DNA of 64,000 nt from Bdellovibrio sp. (GCA_036677065.1 JAKFBS010000004.1:32001-96000), one strand, 5' to 3'. Positions 1 to 9,928 are shown, counted from the first letter of the stretch. The notes: generated by a model from the letters alone, not told the origin. Numbers and translations are program-made.

Positions 1-404
<404 letters not shown>

Positions 405-473
405 AAAATAATTCTCGGTCGCAAGACCAAATTTCGAATCTAACGTAATCGCTAAAAATCAATTAATACAATT

Positions 474-591
474 TGCTGGTGTCTATAGCAGAGAGGTCAC
501 ACCTGATCCCATTCCGAACTCAGAAGTTAAGCTCTCTTGCGGCGATGGTATTGCACGGGTAACTGTGTGAGAGAGTAGCACGATGCCAGCT
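474..591 (+). rRNA. rrf: 5S rRNA
   Basis: GCTGGT...CACCTGATCCCATTCCGAACTCAGAAGTTAAGC...GATGGTA...GAGAGTAG...GCCAGC; ends complementary; follows 23S. Confidence 0.97.
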
Positions 592-601
592 CTATTTTAG
601 T

Positions 602-637
602 AAACCCCGAGTACGAAAGTATTCGGGGTTTTTTTTT
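602..637 (+). terminator. Rho-independent terminator of the rRNA operon
   Basis: AACCCCGAGTAC-GAAA-GTATTCGGGGTT followed by a T-tract. Confidence 0.92.
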
Positions 638-789
638 GCCCAAAATCAATTGGGTTTCGTTTTTTTCCTGCGCATTTTGAGCCTATGTCAATTCGTTAGA
701 CAGCTCGAATTCAGCTAACCCATTTATATTTCATTTTAGTAAATTTTTGACGGGCACTTTTATTGTAACAAGTCAGGTAGAGGTGTTCT

Positions 790-1977
790 ATGAAACTGAA
801 ACAACTTTACTATGCTCACGTCTTTTTGCTTTCTGCATTGGGCTCAGTCATAGCTTGTTCGCCAACTAAGTTTACTCCGGCAGTTGCTGTAAATGCAGAC
901 TGTACTACTGGCTGCGTGGTTAATCCTGATGGAACTAAAAAATGGGATGAAACACACAAAGTTGGAACGGGTAAGGTTGATATCTTATTTGTTAATGATA
1001 ATTCGGCTTCAATGTCAGTTGTTCAATATCGTTTAGCTCAAGCTTTTGGTGGATTTATCGAAAGACTTGATGCGCGTGAAATCGATTACAAAATTGCAAT
1101 GACAACAACTGATGCAACCAAGCTTTCTTCGACTCCATTATTATCTTTTGGCAATGGAACTACATTTTTAACCAAAGCTGATTCTAATCGTGTTGCTCTT
1201 TTTAATGGTTCAATCGTTAGAACTGAAACTACAAATTGCGAAAATGTAATAAAATCTTTCTATAATACATATGGTCCTAGTTTTCAGACTCGCAATGACT
1301 ATGTTGCTGCTTACAATAATGCTTGTGCCTCAGGCGATGAGCGTGGAATTTTAGCCGCTAACCATATTTTGAAAAATAATTCTGGTAGTTTTGTACGTGC
1401 AGATGCTCATTTAAATATTATTGTGATTTCAAATGAAGACGTTCGCAGTGGAAATACTGGATCTTTTACAACGGAAGATCGCGCGTCAAATTTAACTGCT
1501 ACAGTTAACTCTGCTTTTGCGAGCAAATACTGGGAATTTAATTCAATTATTACTAAAGATGCGGTTTGTGCTCAGGCCCAAAAATCACAATTTAGAACTG
1601 CATCTGGCCAAGAAATCAAAGATCAAAATGGTAACTATGTAATTGGTGCTAACCCAGGTATTGAATACGCAGCTTTATCTGCATCTGCATCACAAGATAT
1701 CGATGGAAATGCACAACCCCGTGGTCAAATTATTGATATTTGCCAAACGAACTACTCAACTCACTTTAACAACATGGCAACTAAGGTTGCGGACTCTGCT
1801 CGTATGTTTAATTTAAAATGCAGCCCTGCAGCAGCACCAGTAGTTGAAATCGTTGGTAATCCAGCAGCGACAGTTCCTCATACTTGGAATGGAAATCACA
1901 TCGTGTTCAACCGCGGCTCTGAAGGTATTAATGTTCGCGTAAAATACAACTGTCCACAAACTGGTGGAGTTCAGTAA
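790..1977 (+). CDS. Lipoprotein with vWA-like (MIDAS) domain
   Basis: Lipobox VIAC; KVDILFVNDNSASM (DxSxS); IIVISNED; multiple Cys; RBS GAGGTG. Confidence 0.75.
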   Translation: MKLKQLYYAHVFLLSALGSVIACSPTKFTPAVAVNADCTTGCVVNPDGTKKWDETHKVGTGKVDILFVNDNSASMSVVQYRLAQAFGGFIERLDAREIDYKIAMTTTDATKLSSTPLLSFGNGTTFLTKADSNRVALFNGSIVRTETTNCENVIKSFYNTYGPSFQTRNDYVAAYNNACASGDERGILAANHILKNNSGSFVRADAHLNIIVISNEDVRSGNTGSFTTEDRASNLTATVNSAFASKYWEFNSIITKDAVCAQAQKSQFRTASGQEIKDQNGNYVIGANPGIEYAALSASASQDIDGNAQPRGQIIDICQTNYSTHFNNMATKVADSARMFNLKCSPAAAPVVEIVGNPAATVPHTWNGNHIVFNRGSEGINVRVKYNCPQTGGVQ

Positions 1978-2065
1978 TTTTTCAGAACTCAATTTGAGAT
2001 AGTTATAGTAGACAGATCAAGTTATCAAAATTAAAAATAGGTTTGAAATTATAATAGATTCGATC

Positions 2066-2096
2066 AAAGAGCGTCTTAAGTTGAGACGCTCTTTTT
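2066..2096 (+). terminator. Intrinsic terminator
   Basis: AAAGAGCGTCTT-AAGTT-GAGACGCTCTTT plus T-run. Confidence 0.8.
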
Positions 2097-2133
2097 GTTT
2101 TTGCGAATTACTCTCGTAAAATTCATAAAAAAT

Positions 2134-2161
2134 TCAATTTTACGAATTCAACAACCGATCA
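2134..2161 (+). promoter_or_regulatory. Putative sigma28 (FliA)-type promoter
   Basis: TCAA-N16-ACCGATCA ending 8 nt before ATG 2170, no SD. Confidence 0.45.
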
Positions 2162-2169
2162 TTTGTCAT

Positions 2170-2859
2170 ATGGCAATGGTAGACAGATACAAAAAATCAG
2201 GTGGCTTCATTCAACTATTACAAGTTATTGAAACTTGTGGTCCTAAAAAGCGTGAGCAGTTTATGAAAATTATAAACGAGGAAACTCCAAGATGGGGAGA
2301 AGCGATCGTAGCTAAAATGCTTAGCTTTGAAAAAATTCTTTCTTGGAAGCCAGAAGCCATCATGGAAATTACAGCGCAAATGAATCCATTAGCTTTTGGT
2401 ACAGCTTTAAAATCGTTACCTCAAGAAAAGTTCGATGAGTTTGCGGCGAAGCTTGGGCCTCAAGAGCGTCGTAAGTTCGAACAACTTTATAAAGAAGGTA
2501 CTCCTGCGCCGAATGAAATTTCTGCGTGCTTAGTGAAAGTGATTAATGAAACTCGTTTGTTATTCGCAGCTGGTACATTAAAATTTGATAAGATTGATCC
2601 TGATCTAACTATTCCTGACGAAATCGAAAGTAAATTAGAAAAAGGCAGCTTAGGAAGCGGTCCATCTTCTGGCGGTAATCGTACGGCTGAAGATGTAGTT
2701 AAAGAAGCTTCCGCTTCTTCAGGTATCCAATTAGGTAACCCGAATGAGGTCGATTCTTTACGTCGAAAAATTGTTGAGCTCAATAACGTGGTGATGGCTC
2801 TTAAAAAAGACAACACCTCGATGAAAGATAAGCTCGATAAAATTAAAAAAATCGCTTAA
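2170..2859 (+). CDS. FliG C-terminal-like domain protein with C-terminal coiled coil
   Basis: ORF 2095..2859, likely start ATG 2170; FliG_C-like pattern recognised from memory; heptad-rich C-terminus. Confidence 0.55.
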   Translation: MAMVDRYKKSGGFIQLLQVIETCGPKKREQFMKIINEETPRWGEAIVAKMLSFEKILSWKPEAIMEITAQMNPLAFGTALKSLPQEKFDEFAAKLGPQERRKFEQLYKEGTPAPNEISACLVKVINETRLLFAAGTLKFDKIDPDLTIPDEIESKLEKGSLGSGPSSGGNRTAEDVVKEASASSGIQLGNPNEVDSLRRKIVELNNVVMALKKDNTSMKDKLDKIKKIA

Positions 2860-3032
2860 AATAGCTTTATTTTACAGCAATCTCAAAGAGCGGCAGCTAG
2901 CCTCTCTTTTGCTTTTTGAGGGCTTGAAGAGCCATTTATGGAGCTTCTAGAGGCTAAAAGCTTGGCAAATCAGCTAACCCGACGAATTCAAACTTAAAAT
3001 TGGGTGGAATTTTAGCTTTTGCTGCGAATTAT

Positions 3033-3062
3033 TTGACAACACAAGCCTGTCAGGATTAATTT
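3033..3062 (+). promoter_or_regulatory. sigma70-type promoter for tRNA-Pro
   Basis: Perfect TTGACA at 3033, then TAATTT 18 nt later. Confidence 0.6.
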
Positions 3063-3082
3063 GTTTCTTCTTACGAAGTCGT

Positions 3083-3159
<77 letters not shown>

Positions 3160-3237
3160 ATTATCTAAAATATTTCATCTTACAAACTACATAAAAGTCT
3201 AAGTCGCAAAGTTTATACCTAAATTTTTGTTATATTC

Positions 3238-3302
3238 GATAGCTAAAACCCGATAGCTAAAACTTGATAACTAAAATTTGATAACTAAAACTCGAGAGCT
3301 GA
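3238..3302. repeat. Tandem array of 14-bp units (about 4.5 copies)
   Basis: GATAGCTAAAACCC/GATAGCTAAAACTT/GATAACTAAAATTT/GATAACTAAAACTC/GAGAGCTGA. Confidence 0.9.
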
Positions 3303-3312
3303 TTCAATAAAA

Positions 3313-5196
3313 TTATTGTAAACGTAGTTTCTTACGAAAATACCAAATCAATAAATTCTTTGAATAGCTTTGATCTAAGTTTTTTTCTGACAATGCATTA
3401 GAACTTTCAGCCACACGCAATGAAATCATAAATGAGATCGTAAGGTTTAATAGGCCAGTGACGACAACCCCAAGTAAGGCCAAATAAATCGCTGGCTCAG
3501 AAAAAATTCCAAAGCCTAAAGTGTAGATGGCTGCAGCAAGTGTTCCCGAGGATAGCGTAACATGGCGAACATCTATTGGCAGGCCTAAAAATTCTCCCAT
3601 GATTGGAACAATTCCAAGTGTAAAACCAAGAGCCGCATTTCCACAAAGTGCGCCAAAATTATTTTTTATAAAATTCACCCAGGCTGCTTTTTTTACATGC
3701 GACAGAAATGGAAATATTTTTGGTGAGTTCATAATAATTTCATCAAATTTGTAAACCTTAAAAAAGTTATCTGCAGCTCCCGTGACAAAAGTTGAAAACC
3801 ATAAAATATAACCCGTAAGGAAAGCATAAAATGGTGTAAAACTAAAAATAGACATGGAGGCGATTTGCGCCTGAGCTTTTTCAGCACTCATAAAGCTCTG
3901 ACTAAATACAATTTGGGATAGGAACGAAATGAGTAATACTGTAGGTATAACAATTCCTACATTGCCCAGCACCGCCAAGAACTGAGATTTAAATACGGAA
4001 TCGATTTCAGCTAAAATCTCTTTTTTCGATAATTTATCCCATTGATAATTTAAATGCGCCGCGATTGCTGCCGGTTGTTTTGTGGCTAAAGTAAAACCTA
4101 ATAAGTAAATAACGATAAAACTTAAGGCGTAATTTAAACTGTAAATAAAACCCAGCAGAAATGGTGCTACATGTAAATACGATGAAAGTGTTTTTAATAA
4201 AACAGTGAATCCAGTGATGAAGCCACCACCACAAGCGCTGGTAAAAAGCTTGGTGATCGCCTGACGTGAACGGCCGACATAATAGTCACCTTTTTCTGCG
4301 CTGGTGAGCGATACGACTTCAATAAGTTGGCTGCTGTAATGAAAGAATTGAAATTTAAGAGAATAGAAGTTTTTTCGTTCAATAAGAATAGCGGCCAAAT
4401 ATTTAAAACTAAAACCGTCATAAAGTTTTATTAAATTTTGGAGTCTAATTAACCGTGCTTTTACTTTTTTAATTCGAAATAGTGAATTTAGCTGGACACC
4501 AGTTTCGCGAAAATCATCAACGATTGAATCGATGCCCTTCAAATTGTTTGCAGTTAACTGGGTAAGTAATTCTGTATCTCTGATCTCTGTGAGGCTAATA
4601 ACTTGCAGTGTTTTTACAAAGTCTGAATTAAATTTATCAGAGGATGTCATTTTAAAGACCGATGAATAAATATCAGACATGTTTTTGTTAGCCAGAATAT
4701 AGATGGCCCGTATTAAAGACTGTCTGATTTCATTTTTTAAATAAATGATTTTATCAGGCGGGAAGTAGCTAAGAATTTTGTTAAATTGAGATGGGTCTAC
4801 ATTTAAAGATTCATCAAAGTGAAAATCCAGTTGTAACGCCTCATCAACTAAATGCGAAATTTCACAGTCATTCGATGGAACAGTTATAAATTTTTGACAA
4901 AACGCCCAAATCACTTCGTGAATAAATGAGTCTGATTCGCCGCTGAAGGTATGCACCAGCAGCGAATCAAATTGTATGTTCTCAATAAAAACCAGCCATT
5001 GCTGGACAAAAACTTCTCGAAACAGCGGGTCTTCTTCTAGCAAATTATTTAGGTTATCAATTCTTTGATTAAGAGTAGTTTTGCCATTGGTGTGTAATAA
5101 CCAAGTGACAAACATAATGTACCAATTCCAATCCCACTCTTTGCCCTGATGAGTTCCGAACGAAAGTAATTCAGGCAAGCTTATTTTTTGAGACAT
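3313..5196 (-). CDS. Polytopic membrane protein of the family annotated 'site-specific recombinase Gcr' (SpecificRecomb)
   Basis: Motifs SACGGG, LNYALSF, FTLATKQPA, SQFLAVLGN, DVRHVTLSSG; many TM segments; no Ser/Tyr recombinase motifs seen. Confidence 0.7.
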   Translation of the reverse strand: MSQKISLPELLSFGTHQGKEWDWNWYIMFVTWLLHTNGKTTLNQRIDNLNNLLEEDPLFREVFVQQWLVFIENIQFDSLLVHTFSGESDSFIHEVIWAFCQKFITVPSNDCEISHLVDEALQLDFHFDESLNVDPSQFNKILSYFPPDKIIYLKNEIRQSLIRAIYILANKNMSDIYSSVFKMTSSDKFNSDFVKTLQVISLTEIRDTELLTQLTANNLKGIDSIVDDFRETGVQLNSLFRIKKVKARLIRLQNLIKLYDGFSFKYLAAILIERKNFYSLKFQFFHYSSQLIEVVSLTSAEKGDYYVGRSRQAITKLFTSACGGGFITGFTVLLKTLSSYLHVAPFLLGFIYSLNYALSFIVIYLLGFTLATKQPAAIAAHLNYQWDKLSKKEILAEIDSVFKSQFLAVLGNVGIVIPTVLLISFLSQIVFSQSFMSAEKAQAQIASMSIFSFTPFYAFLTGYILWFSTFVTGAADNFFKVYKFDEIIMNSPKIFPFLSHVKKAAWVNFIKNNFGALCGNAALGFTLGIVPIMGEFLGLPIDVRHVTLSSGTLAAAIYTLGFGIFSEPAIYLALLGVVVTGLLNLTISFMISLRVAESSNALSEKNLDQSYSKNLLIWYFRKKLRLQ

Positions 5197-5222
5197 GCTT
5201 ATTCCACCATTAAAGCTAAAGA

Positions 5223-6218
5223 TTATAAGTTATTGTTAAGTACCTGCCACATCGGCTTTGTTGACGGGACCATGTCTTGCATGAAGTACCACCAAAAATA
5301 TCCTCCGATAAAACGGTCTTGCGAAATATTCATTCGGTAATAACGTTCAATCATATCTGTTTTTGCGGCTTGTGATTTGATAGTTCCGATTTCGCCAAAA
5401 CCAATTTTTGAATTCGGAAACATCTGCGCAAGTTTGGCGAATACGTCTTCCCAGTTAGGACGTAAGCCATTGCAATCATCTTCGTAATAACTGATAAACA
5501 CATATTCAAGACCTGACTTCATTCGTGCGGGAACATTTTTACCAGCCCATGTAAACATCTCTTCGCTTGGGTACATCCAGCAGTCTTCGTTATAGTATAA
5601 AGTGAGGGCTGTGGTTTTACCTTTTGATTTAATGAAATCATAGGCGCTCGTCATTTTCTGCGCGACTTCCGCGGCGTTACCTAGCCATTCTCCGTTAATT
5701 TCATTGCCGATTTCCCAGATATCAACATAGGCATTAAGCGCGTTGTAATACTCTTCTGTACGGGCTAAATACTGCGCCGCCGTGACATTTTTAACGTAAA
5801 AAGAATCTAACAATTCACCCATGACGTAACTTACGCCATGAATTTTTTGTGCAGGGTTTACGTAGTACGAAGCACTCATACCTTCATCAAACACAATTCG
5901 TGTGGTTGGTTTTTGTGACAGAGCTTTTAATGAGTTAACCGTATCATTAATGTTTGCGACAGAATCTATTGTTACTCCATACATTTTTGTTGAAGGAGTT
6001 GGGTTGGGAGTTGGTGTTTGAGAAACCGGTGGCGTTTGCGAAACTGTAGGCGTTCCGGAAGTTATAGGTGTTGTTGGATCTTCAGGAGTTGAATCTGCGG
6101 TCTGGTTATTTGAACCAGACGAGCTTGTAGAATCTTTTTTGCAAGAAAAAGACGTTAAGGTTAAGAGTAATAATAAAGAAACGACTATATTTTTTTTTGT
6201 TTTATTTCTTTTTTGCAT
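5223..6218 (-). CDS. Lipoprotein with Pro/Thr linker and putative clan GH-A glycoside hydrolase domain
   Basis: Lipobox SFSC; PT-rich linker; WEIGNEING (acid/base) and GFGEIG (nucleophile); GGYFWW. Confidence 0.65.
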   Translation of the reverse strand: MQKRNKTKKNIVVSLLLLLTLTSFSCKKDSTSSSGSNNQTADSTPEDPTTPITSGTPTVSQTPPVSQTPTPNPTPSTKMYGVTIDSVANINDTVNSLKALSQKPTTRIVFDEGMSASYYVNPAQKIHGVSYVMGELLDSFYVKNVTAAQYLARTEEYYNALNAYVDIWEIGNEINGEWLGNAAEVAQKMTSAYDFIKSKGKTTALTLYYNEDCWMYPSEEMFTWAGKNVPARMKSGLEYVFISYYEDDCNGLRPNWEDVFAKLAQMFPNSKIGFGEIGTIKSQAAKTDMIERYYRMNISQDRFIGGYFWWYFMQDMVPSTKPMWQVLNNNL

Positions 6219-6366
6219 AGTCCTGCGAGGATAAGGAACATGCGTGGTGATTAAAACCCTGGCGTTATAAACAACGCTGAAAACTGATCGATGGTCTGGG
6301 ATAAAAAAACCTAATGAAATTTAATTTTTTAAAAAAAAACGCGCAGAGGTTTATTTAAAATATTTT

Positions 6367-6720
6367 TTATTTAGCTGAAACGATTTCGCCAAGCTCTAAA
6401 CTTACTTGTTTAAACTCTTGGTCTAATGACTGGACTACGGTTTTTGCCTGAGTTAAATCTTTAGCTTGTCCCATTTTTTCTAATTGCAGACAAAGTTGTG
6501 AAAGTCGCAAAGCGCCCATATTACCAGAGCTTGATTTTAAGCTATGAGCTTTGTCTTGAACGCCAAGGGCATCGCCAGCGGCGATCGCTTTATGAAGATC
6601 AGTTATAATTGTTTCGCTGGTTAAAATAAAAACTGTGTGAAGTTCGGCTAATAATTCCATGCCACCTAAAGCTTTTAGATTTTCAATTACACCTGCATCA
6701 ACGCTTTTTACCTGGCTCAT
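6367..6720 (-). CDS. Hpt (histidine phosphotransfer) domain protein
   Basis: AHSLKSSSGNMGA motif, LCLQLE. Confidence 0.92.
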   Translation of the reverse strand: MSQVKSVDAGVIENLKALGGMELLAELHTVFILTSETIITDLHKAIAAGDALGVQDKAHSLKSSSGNMGALRLSQLCLQLEKMGQAKDLTQAKTVVQSLDQEFKQVSLELGEIVSAK

Positions 6721-6858
6721 ATGAATATTAGAGCTTAAGTCAGTAATAGCGTCATTAGTTTTTTTGTTTTGTAGCCCTTGCTGGACGAACTCCTCATAAT
6801 TTTATTTAAAATGGAGATTTCTTGAAATTATTAAATATTTCGTCACAATAATTACAGG

Positions 6859-7572
6859 ATGTCGAAACTAGATGATGCAATAGCAAATGCAGTAGCAAAG
6901 ATGCCAAGACCATTGTTGGTGTTTCTCGTATTAGCGGGAGCCTTAGGTTTTATTATTTCGCAAAATCCTTTATCTGATGGTTGTGAAGTTGAAGTGAGTA
7001 ATTTTGGCCGTGAAGTCGCTGGAATTATCACACGTGTAAAGAACAGTAAAAAGCTGGAGCAATACCCTAAACTTGATTATGCCCGCGAGCAGTGTAAAGA
7101 AGGCAATAGCCAAGGCAGTTGCGAAGATTATTTTAAAGCCGTGAAGCGTGTTGCCGATGCAACGCGAGTCGTGTCGCCAAAGTGTTACATCAAGCTTAAA
7201 GAAGAATATAAAAGTTTAACCAATGTCTTAGCGACCGGAATAAAAATTATGGCGCTTGCTGCCTGGGGTGAGAAACCACCCGAAGGTATTGGCCAACGTA
7301 TGGGTTGGCTAACAGAAGGTGATATTTACGGCTTTTGCCGCGCTAAAAACGGTTTAGTGCTGTTGACCAGTCTTGAGGAATACAAAGCTTTACGAGCCGC
7401 GGTCTATCGTGAGTTTCCTGACCGCTGGCCCGAGACGTTACCCCTGGAAAAGCGTGCAGAGATACCTCGTCCAAGAGCCCTGCAGTCCTTAGCGAACGTA
7501 ACAGGCTCTTTAAAAGAGAGCGATGTCTATGAACGCAGTTTGTTTTCGCTTCGTTGTGATTTGTACCAGTAG
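6859..7572 (+). CDS. Hypothetical membrane-anchored Cys-containing protein
   Basis: 237-aa ORF, N-terminal TM helix, six Cys. Confidence 0.7.
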   Translation: MSKLDDAIANAVAKMPRPLLVFLVLAGALGFIISQNPLSDGCEVEVSNFGREVAGIITRVKNSKKLEQYPKLDYAREQCKEGNSQGSCEDYFKAVKRVADATRVVSPKCYIKLKEEYKSLTNVLATGIKIMALAAWGEKPPEGIGQRMGWLTEGDIYGFCRAKNGLVLLTSLEEYKALRAAVYREFPDRWPETLPLEKRAEIPRPRALQSLANVTGSLKESDVYERSLFSLRCDLYQ

Positions 7573-7575
7573 TCA

Positions 7576-7788
7576 TTATAAACCTGCCACTTGAATAAAG
7601 CGCCATTGATTACTGTTCTTGTCTTGAACTTCTCCGATAAAGTAAAAATCCTCTGCTGTAATGCTCTGAATAACAAAGCGTGATTTGGATTTTTTGACCA
7701 CGCGCCAGTCAACTGGTTGAAGGCCGAACTCGCGTAGACCTAATTGTAAACTTACTAACTGTGTGTTTGCCGATAAAAACTTTAACAT
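7576..7788 (-). CDS. Small hypothetical protein
   Basis: 70 aa; SD TAGGGGGA upstream; fills the gap between genes. Confidence 0.55.
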   Translation of the reverse strand: MLKFLSANTQLVSLQLGLREFGLQPVDWRVVKKSKSRFVIQSITAEDFYFIGEVQDKNSNQWRFIQVAGL

Positions 7789-7917
7789 TTGTTCCCCCTA
7801 AATTTATTGTTTGCGTGCCTTCAGCACGACTTGTTGCTTGAGGTCTATTGCAAGACGAGGTGACAAGTTTAAAGTACTGGCTTTACGATATATTGAAGTT
7901 GGCCTTAGGAGGGCTCC

Positions 7918-8373
7918 ATGGTTTCGGAAAAGTTCCAAAAAATAGGATTGTTAAGAGTTTTGAAACAAGTATTTACAATAGAATTATTGGTTCTGTTGCT
8001 TTGGATTCCTTGTGTAATTTTTATATTTAAATTTATTCAAGATCGAAAGATTGCAGGGCTTGTTGCGGGAGCTGGTTTTTTGCTGATTCCAGTGTTTAAT
8101 ATTTTTCGTGAGCGAAAAAGCACAGCGAGCTCGTCATCACGTTTAGCGCGTGTTTTTGCGAGTGGCGCTTTTTTTCTTTTATCAGCGATGCCGATTTTTT
8201 TATTTCGTGTGTTTAACTGGGAGAAAAGTTTAGAAGAGATTTCAATCTTCGGGGCGCTATCAGGCCGTGAGCTTCATAGCTTATCGAATATCTTATTTGT
8301 CGTGATGATTGCAGTGTATTTTTTGACGAATATCTTAGACGCAAAAAAAACGGCGCCGTTTAAAGCGCCGTAA
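7918..8373 (+). CDS. Hypothetical 4-TM membrane protein
   Basis: SD AGGAGG; four hydrophobic segments. Confidence 0.75.
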   Translation: MVSEKFQKIGLLRVLKQVFTIELLVLLLWIPCVIFIFKFIQDRKIAGLVAGAGFLLIPVFNIFRERKSTASSSSRLARVFASGAFFLLSAMPIFLFRVFNWEKSLEEISIFGALSGRELHSLSNILFVVMIAVYFLTNILDAKKTAPFKAP

Positions 8374-8416
8374 GGGATCACAACAACAAGTTGTAACGTC
8401 TTATTAGTATATCAGA

Positions 8417-8713
8417 TTAGTACTCAAAAGGAACTGCGCTGATAAGTTCTGGACGTGAACTTGTATCATAAGCATCTGTACCATTAGGTAATAAGCCTAG
8501 TGTACGAGCCTTTTTTACTGCTCCAGCTACTTTCTTTTGTTGAGAAAGACTTAGCTTAGAGATACGAGCTGGAGTGATCTTACCCGCATCGGCAATAAAG
8601 CGGCTTAATGAAGCTGGGTCTTTATAGTCAAAAACGTGATCGCCAGTGTATTCTGTGCGGTATTTGTTGCGAACTGATTTGCGGTTTTCTTTACCGTTAT
8701 TTTCTTTTTCCAT
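8417..8713 (-). CDS. rpsR: 30S ribosomal protein S18
   Basis: FDYKDPASLSRFI..GKITPARIS....QQKKVAGAVKKARTLGLLP. Confidence 0.95.
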   Translation of the reverse strand: MEKENNGKENRKSVRNKYRTEYTGDHVFDYKDPASLSRFIADAGKITPARISKLSLSQQKKVAGAVKKARTLGLLPNGTDAYDTSSRPELISAVPFEY

Positions 8714-8811
8714 TTAAACCTCTTGCCAATTGAAGAATATCTGAATATACCAGATATCTCGGTTTTGGAAGTACTATTTGTACTTGTGATGTAAATAATT
8801 AGGAGTAATAA

Positions 8812-9105
8812 ATGAGCCGTTGTGAATTATCAGGCAAATCGCCTGTTGTTAAAAATTTAGTGAGCCACTCGAATATCAAAACTAAATCGACGGCTATGCC
8901 AAATGTGCAAAGAAAACGCATATTTAGCAAGACTTTGAACCAGATGGTGCGCCTTTATATGGCAACTAGCACTATTAGAGATATGGAACACACTGGTGGT
9001 TTTGATAAATTTATCATCAACCAAGATGACAAAGTTTTATCTCAACGCGCTTTAGACGTTAAAGCTCGTATCCGTCGTAAAATGAATAAAGCTAAAAAAG
9101 CGTAA
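8812..9105 (+). CDS. rpmB: 50S ribosomal protein L28
   Basis: MSRCELSGK...VSHSNIKTK...PNVQ. Confidence 0.95.
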   Translation: MSRCELSGKSPVVKNLVSHSNIKTKSTAMPNVQRKRIFSKTLNQMVRLYMATSTIRDMEHTGGFDKFIINQDDKVLSQRALDVKARIRRKMNKAKKA

Positions 9106-9118
9106 TTAGGGACTATAT

Positions 9119-9394
9119 ATGATGAAATTAAAAATCAAAAAAGGCGACAAAGTACAAGTTATTGCTGGCGCTGATAAAGGTAAAAAAGGTTCTGTATTAG
9201 AAGTTAGCCCGACAGCGATGAAAGTCAAAGTTGAAGGCGTTAAAGTACAAACTCACTATGATAAAAAAGACGGTCTTCTTAAAAAAGAAGGTTTCATCGA
9301 TTACTCAAACGTTAAGTTAGTTGAAGCGAAAGCTAAAGCTGCTAAAGCGACTGAGAAAAAAGCGACTAAAAAAGCTTCTGCTAAAGCGAAGTAA
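9119..9394 (+). CDS. rplX: 50S ribosomal protein L24 (KOW), with Lys/Ala-rich tail
   Basis: IKKGDKVQVIAGADKGKKG...VEGV...KEGFIDYSNV. Confidence 0.9.
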   Translation: MMKLKIKKGDKVQVIAGADKGKKGSVLEVSPTAMKVKVEGVKVQTHYDKKDGLLKKEGFIDYSNVKLVEAKAKAAKATEKKATKKASAKAK

Positions 9395-9453
9395 TTTTAG
9401 TTTCGTCGAAGACGAACAAGTTTTCAAAAAAGAGCGTTAAGTTCTTTAATATG

Positions 9454-9484
9454 AAAGGCAATTTGTTAATTCAAATTGCCTTTT
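9454..9484 (+). terminator. Intrinsic terminator after rplX
   Basis: AAAGGCAATTTG-TTAATT-CAAATTGCCTTTT. Confidence 0.8.
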
Positions 9485-9624
9485 GTCGTTTAGGCCTAAT
9501 ATTCCTAAAACGAATACGGTCTGGGAAGCTCCTTCCCAGACTTGATCTGACAAAGATTCGGTAATTGTCCAGCCGGGCATTCTGTGTAGTGACCAATCGA
9601 AAATAACCATCGAAACTAATCCAT

Positions 9625-9927
9625 ATGCGTCATGCTCTATTATTTATCAGCTTATGGTTGGGTTCAGTGCAAATACTGGCCGCAGACAAAAACAATATGT
9701 TCGTTTTGTGCGAACGCCAGCGTGACATGCGTTGGATTCGGGTCTTTTCATCAAGTGATGGCAAGTGTAAAACCGTTTATTCTAAAGATGGCTACTCACA
9801 AGTCGTAAGCTCTGCAACATTTTACTCATCTTGCGAAGCCGTGCTTCTTAATGTTAAAAAGAATGTTGAAGGCGGCGGCTTTAAATGTCGTGAGGCTGTT
9901 TTAGCAAACTTTGTCGAAATCGAATAG
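9625..9927 (+). CDS. Small secreted Cys-containing hypothetical protein
   Basis: Signal peptide, four Cys. Confidence 0.7.
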   Translation: MRHALLFISLWLGSVQILAADKNNMFVLCERQRDMRWIRVFSSSDGKCKTVYSKDGYSQVVSSATFYSSCEAVLLNVKKNVEGGGFKCREAVLANFVEIE

Positions 9928-9928
9928 A

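Noticed and set aside
3238..3302. Repeat array as a CRISPR
   Set aside because: Units are 14 bp and contiguous with no spacers; no cas genes in the window.
3313..5196. Integrative element at tRNA-Pro driven by the 'recombinase'
   Set aside because: Protein is polytopic membrane-like without tyrosine or serine recombinase motifs; I saw no duplicated tRNA 3' end or phage genes.
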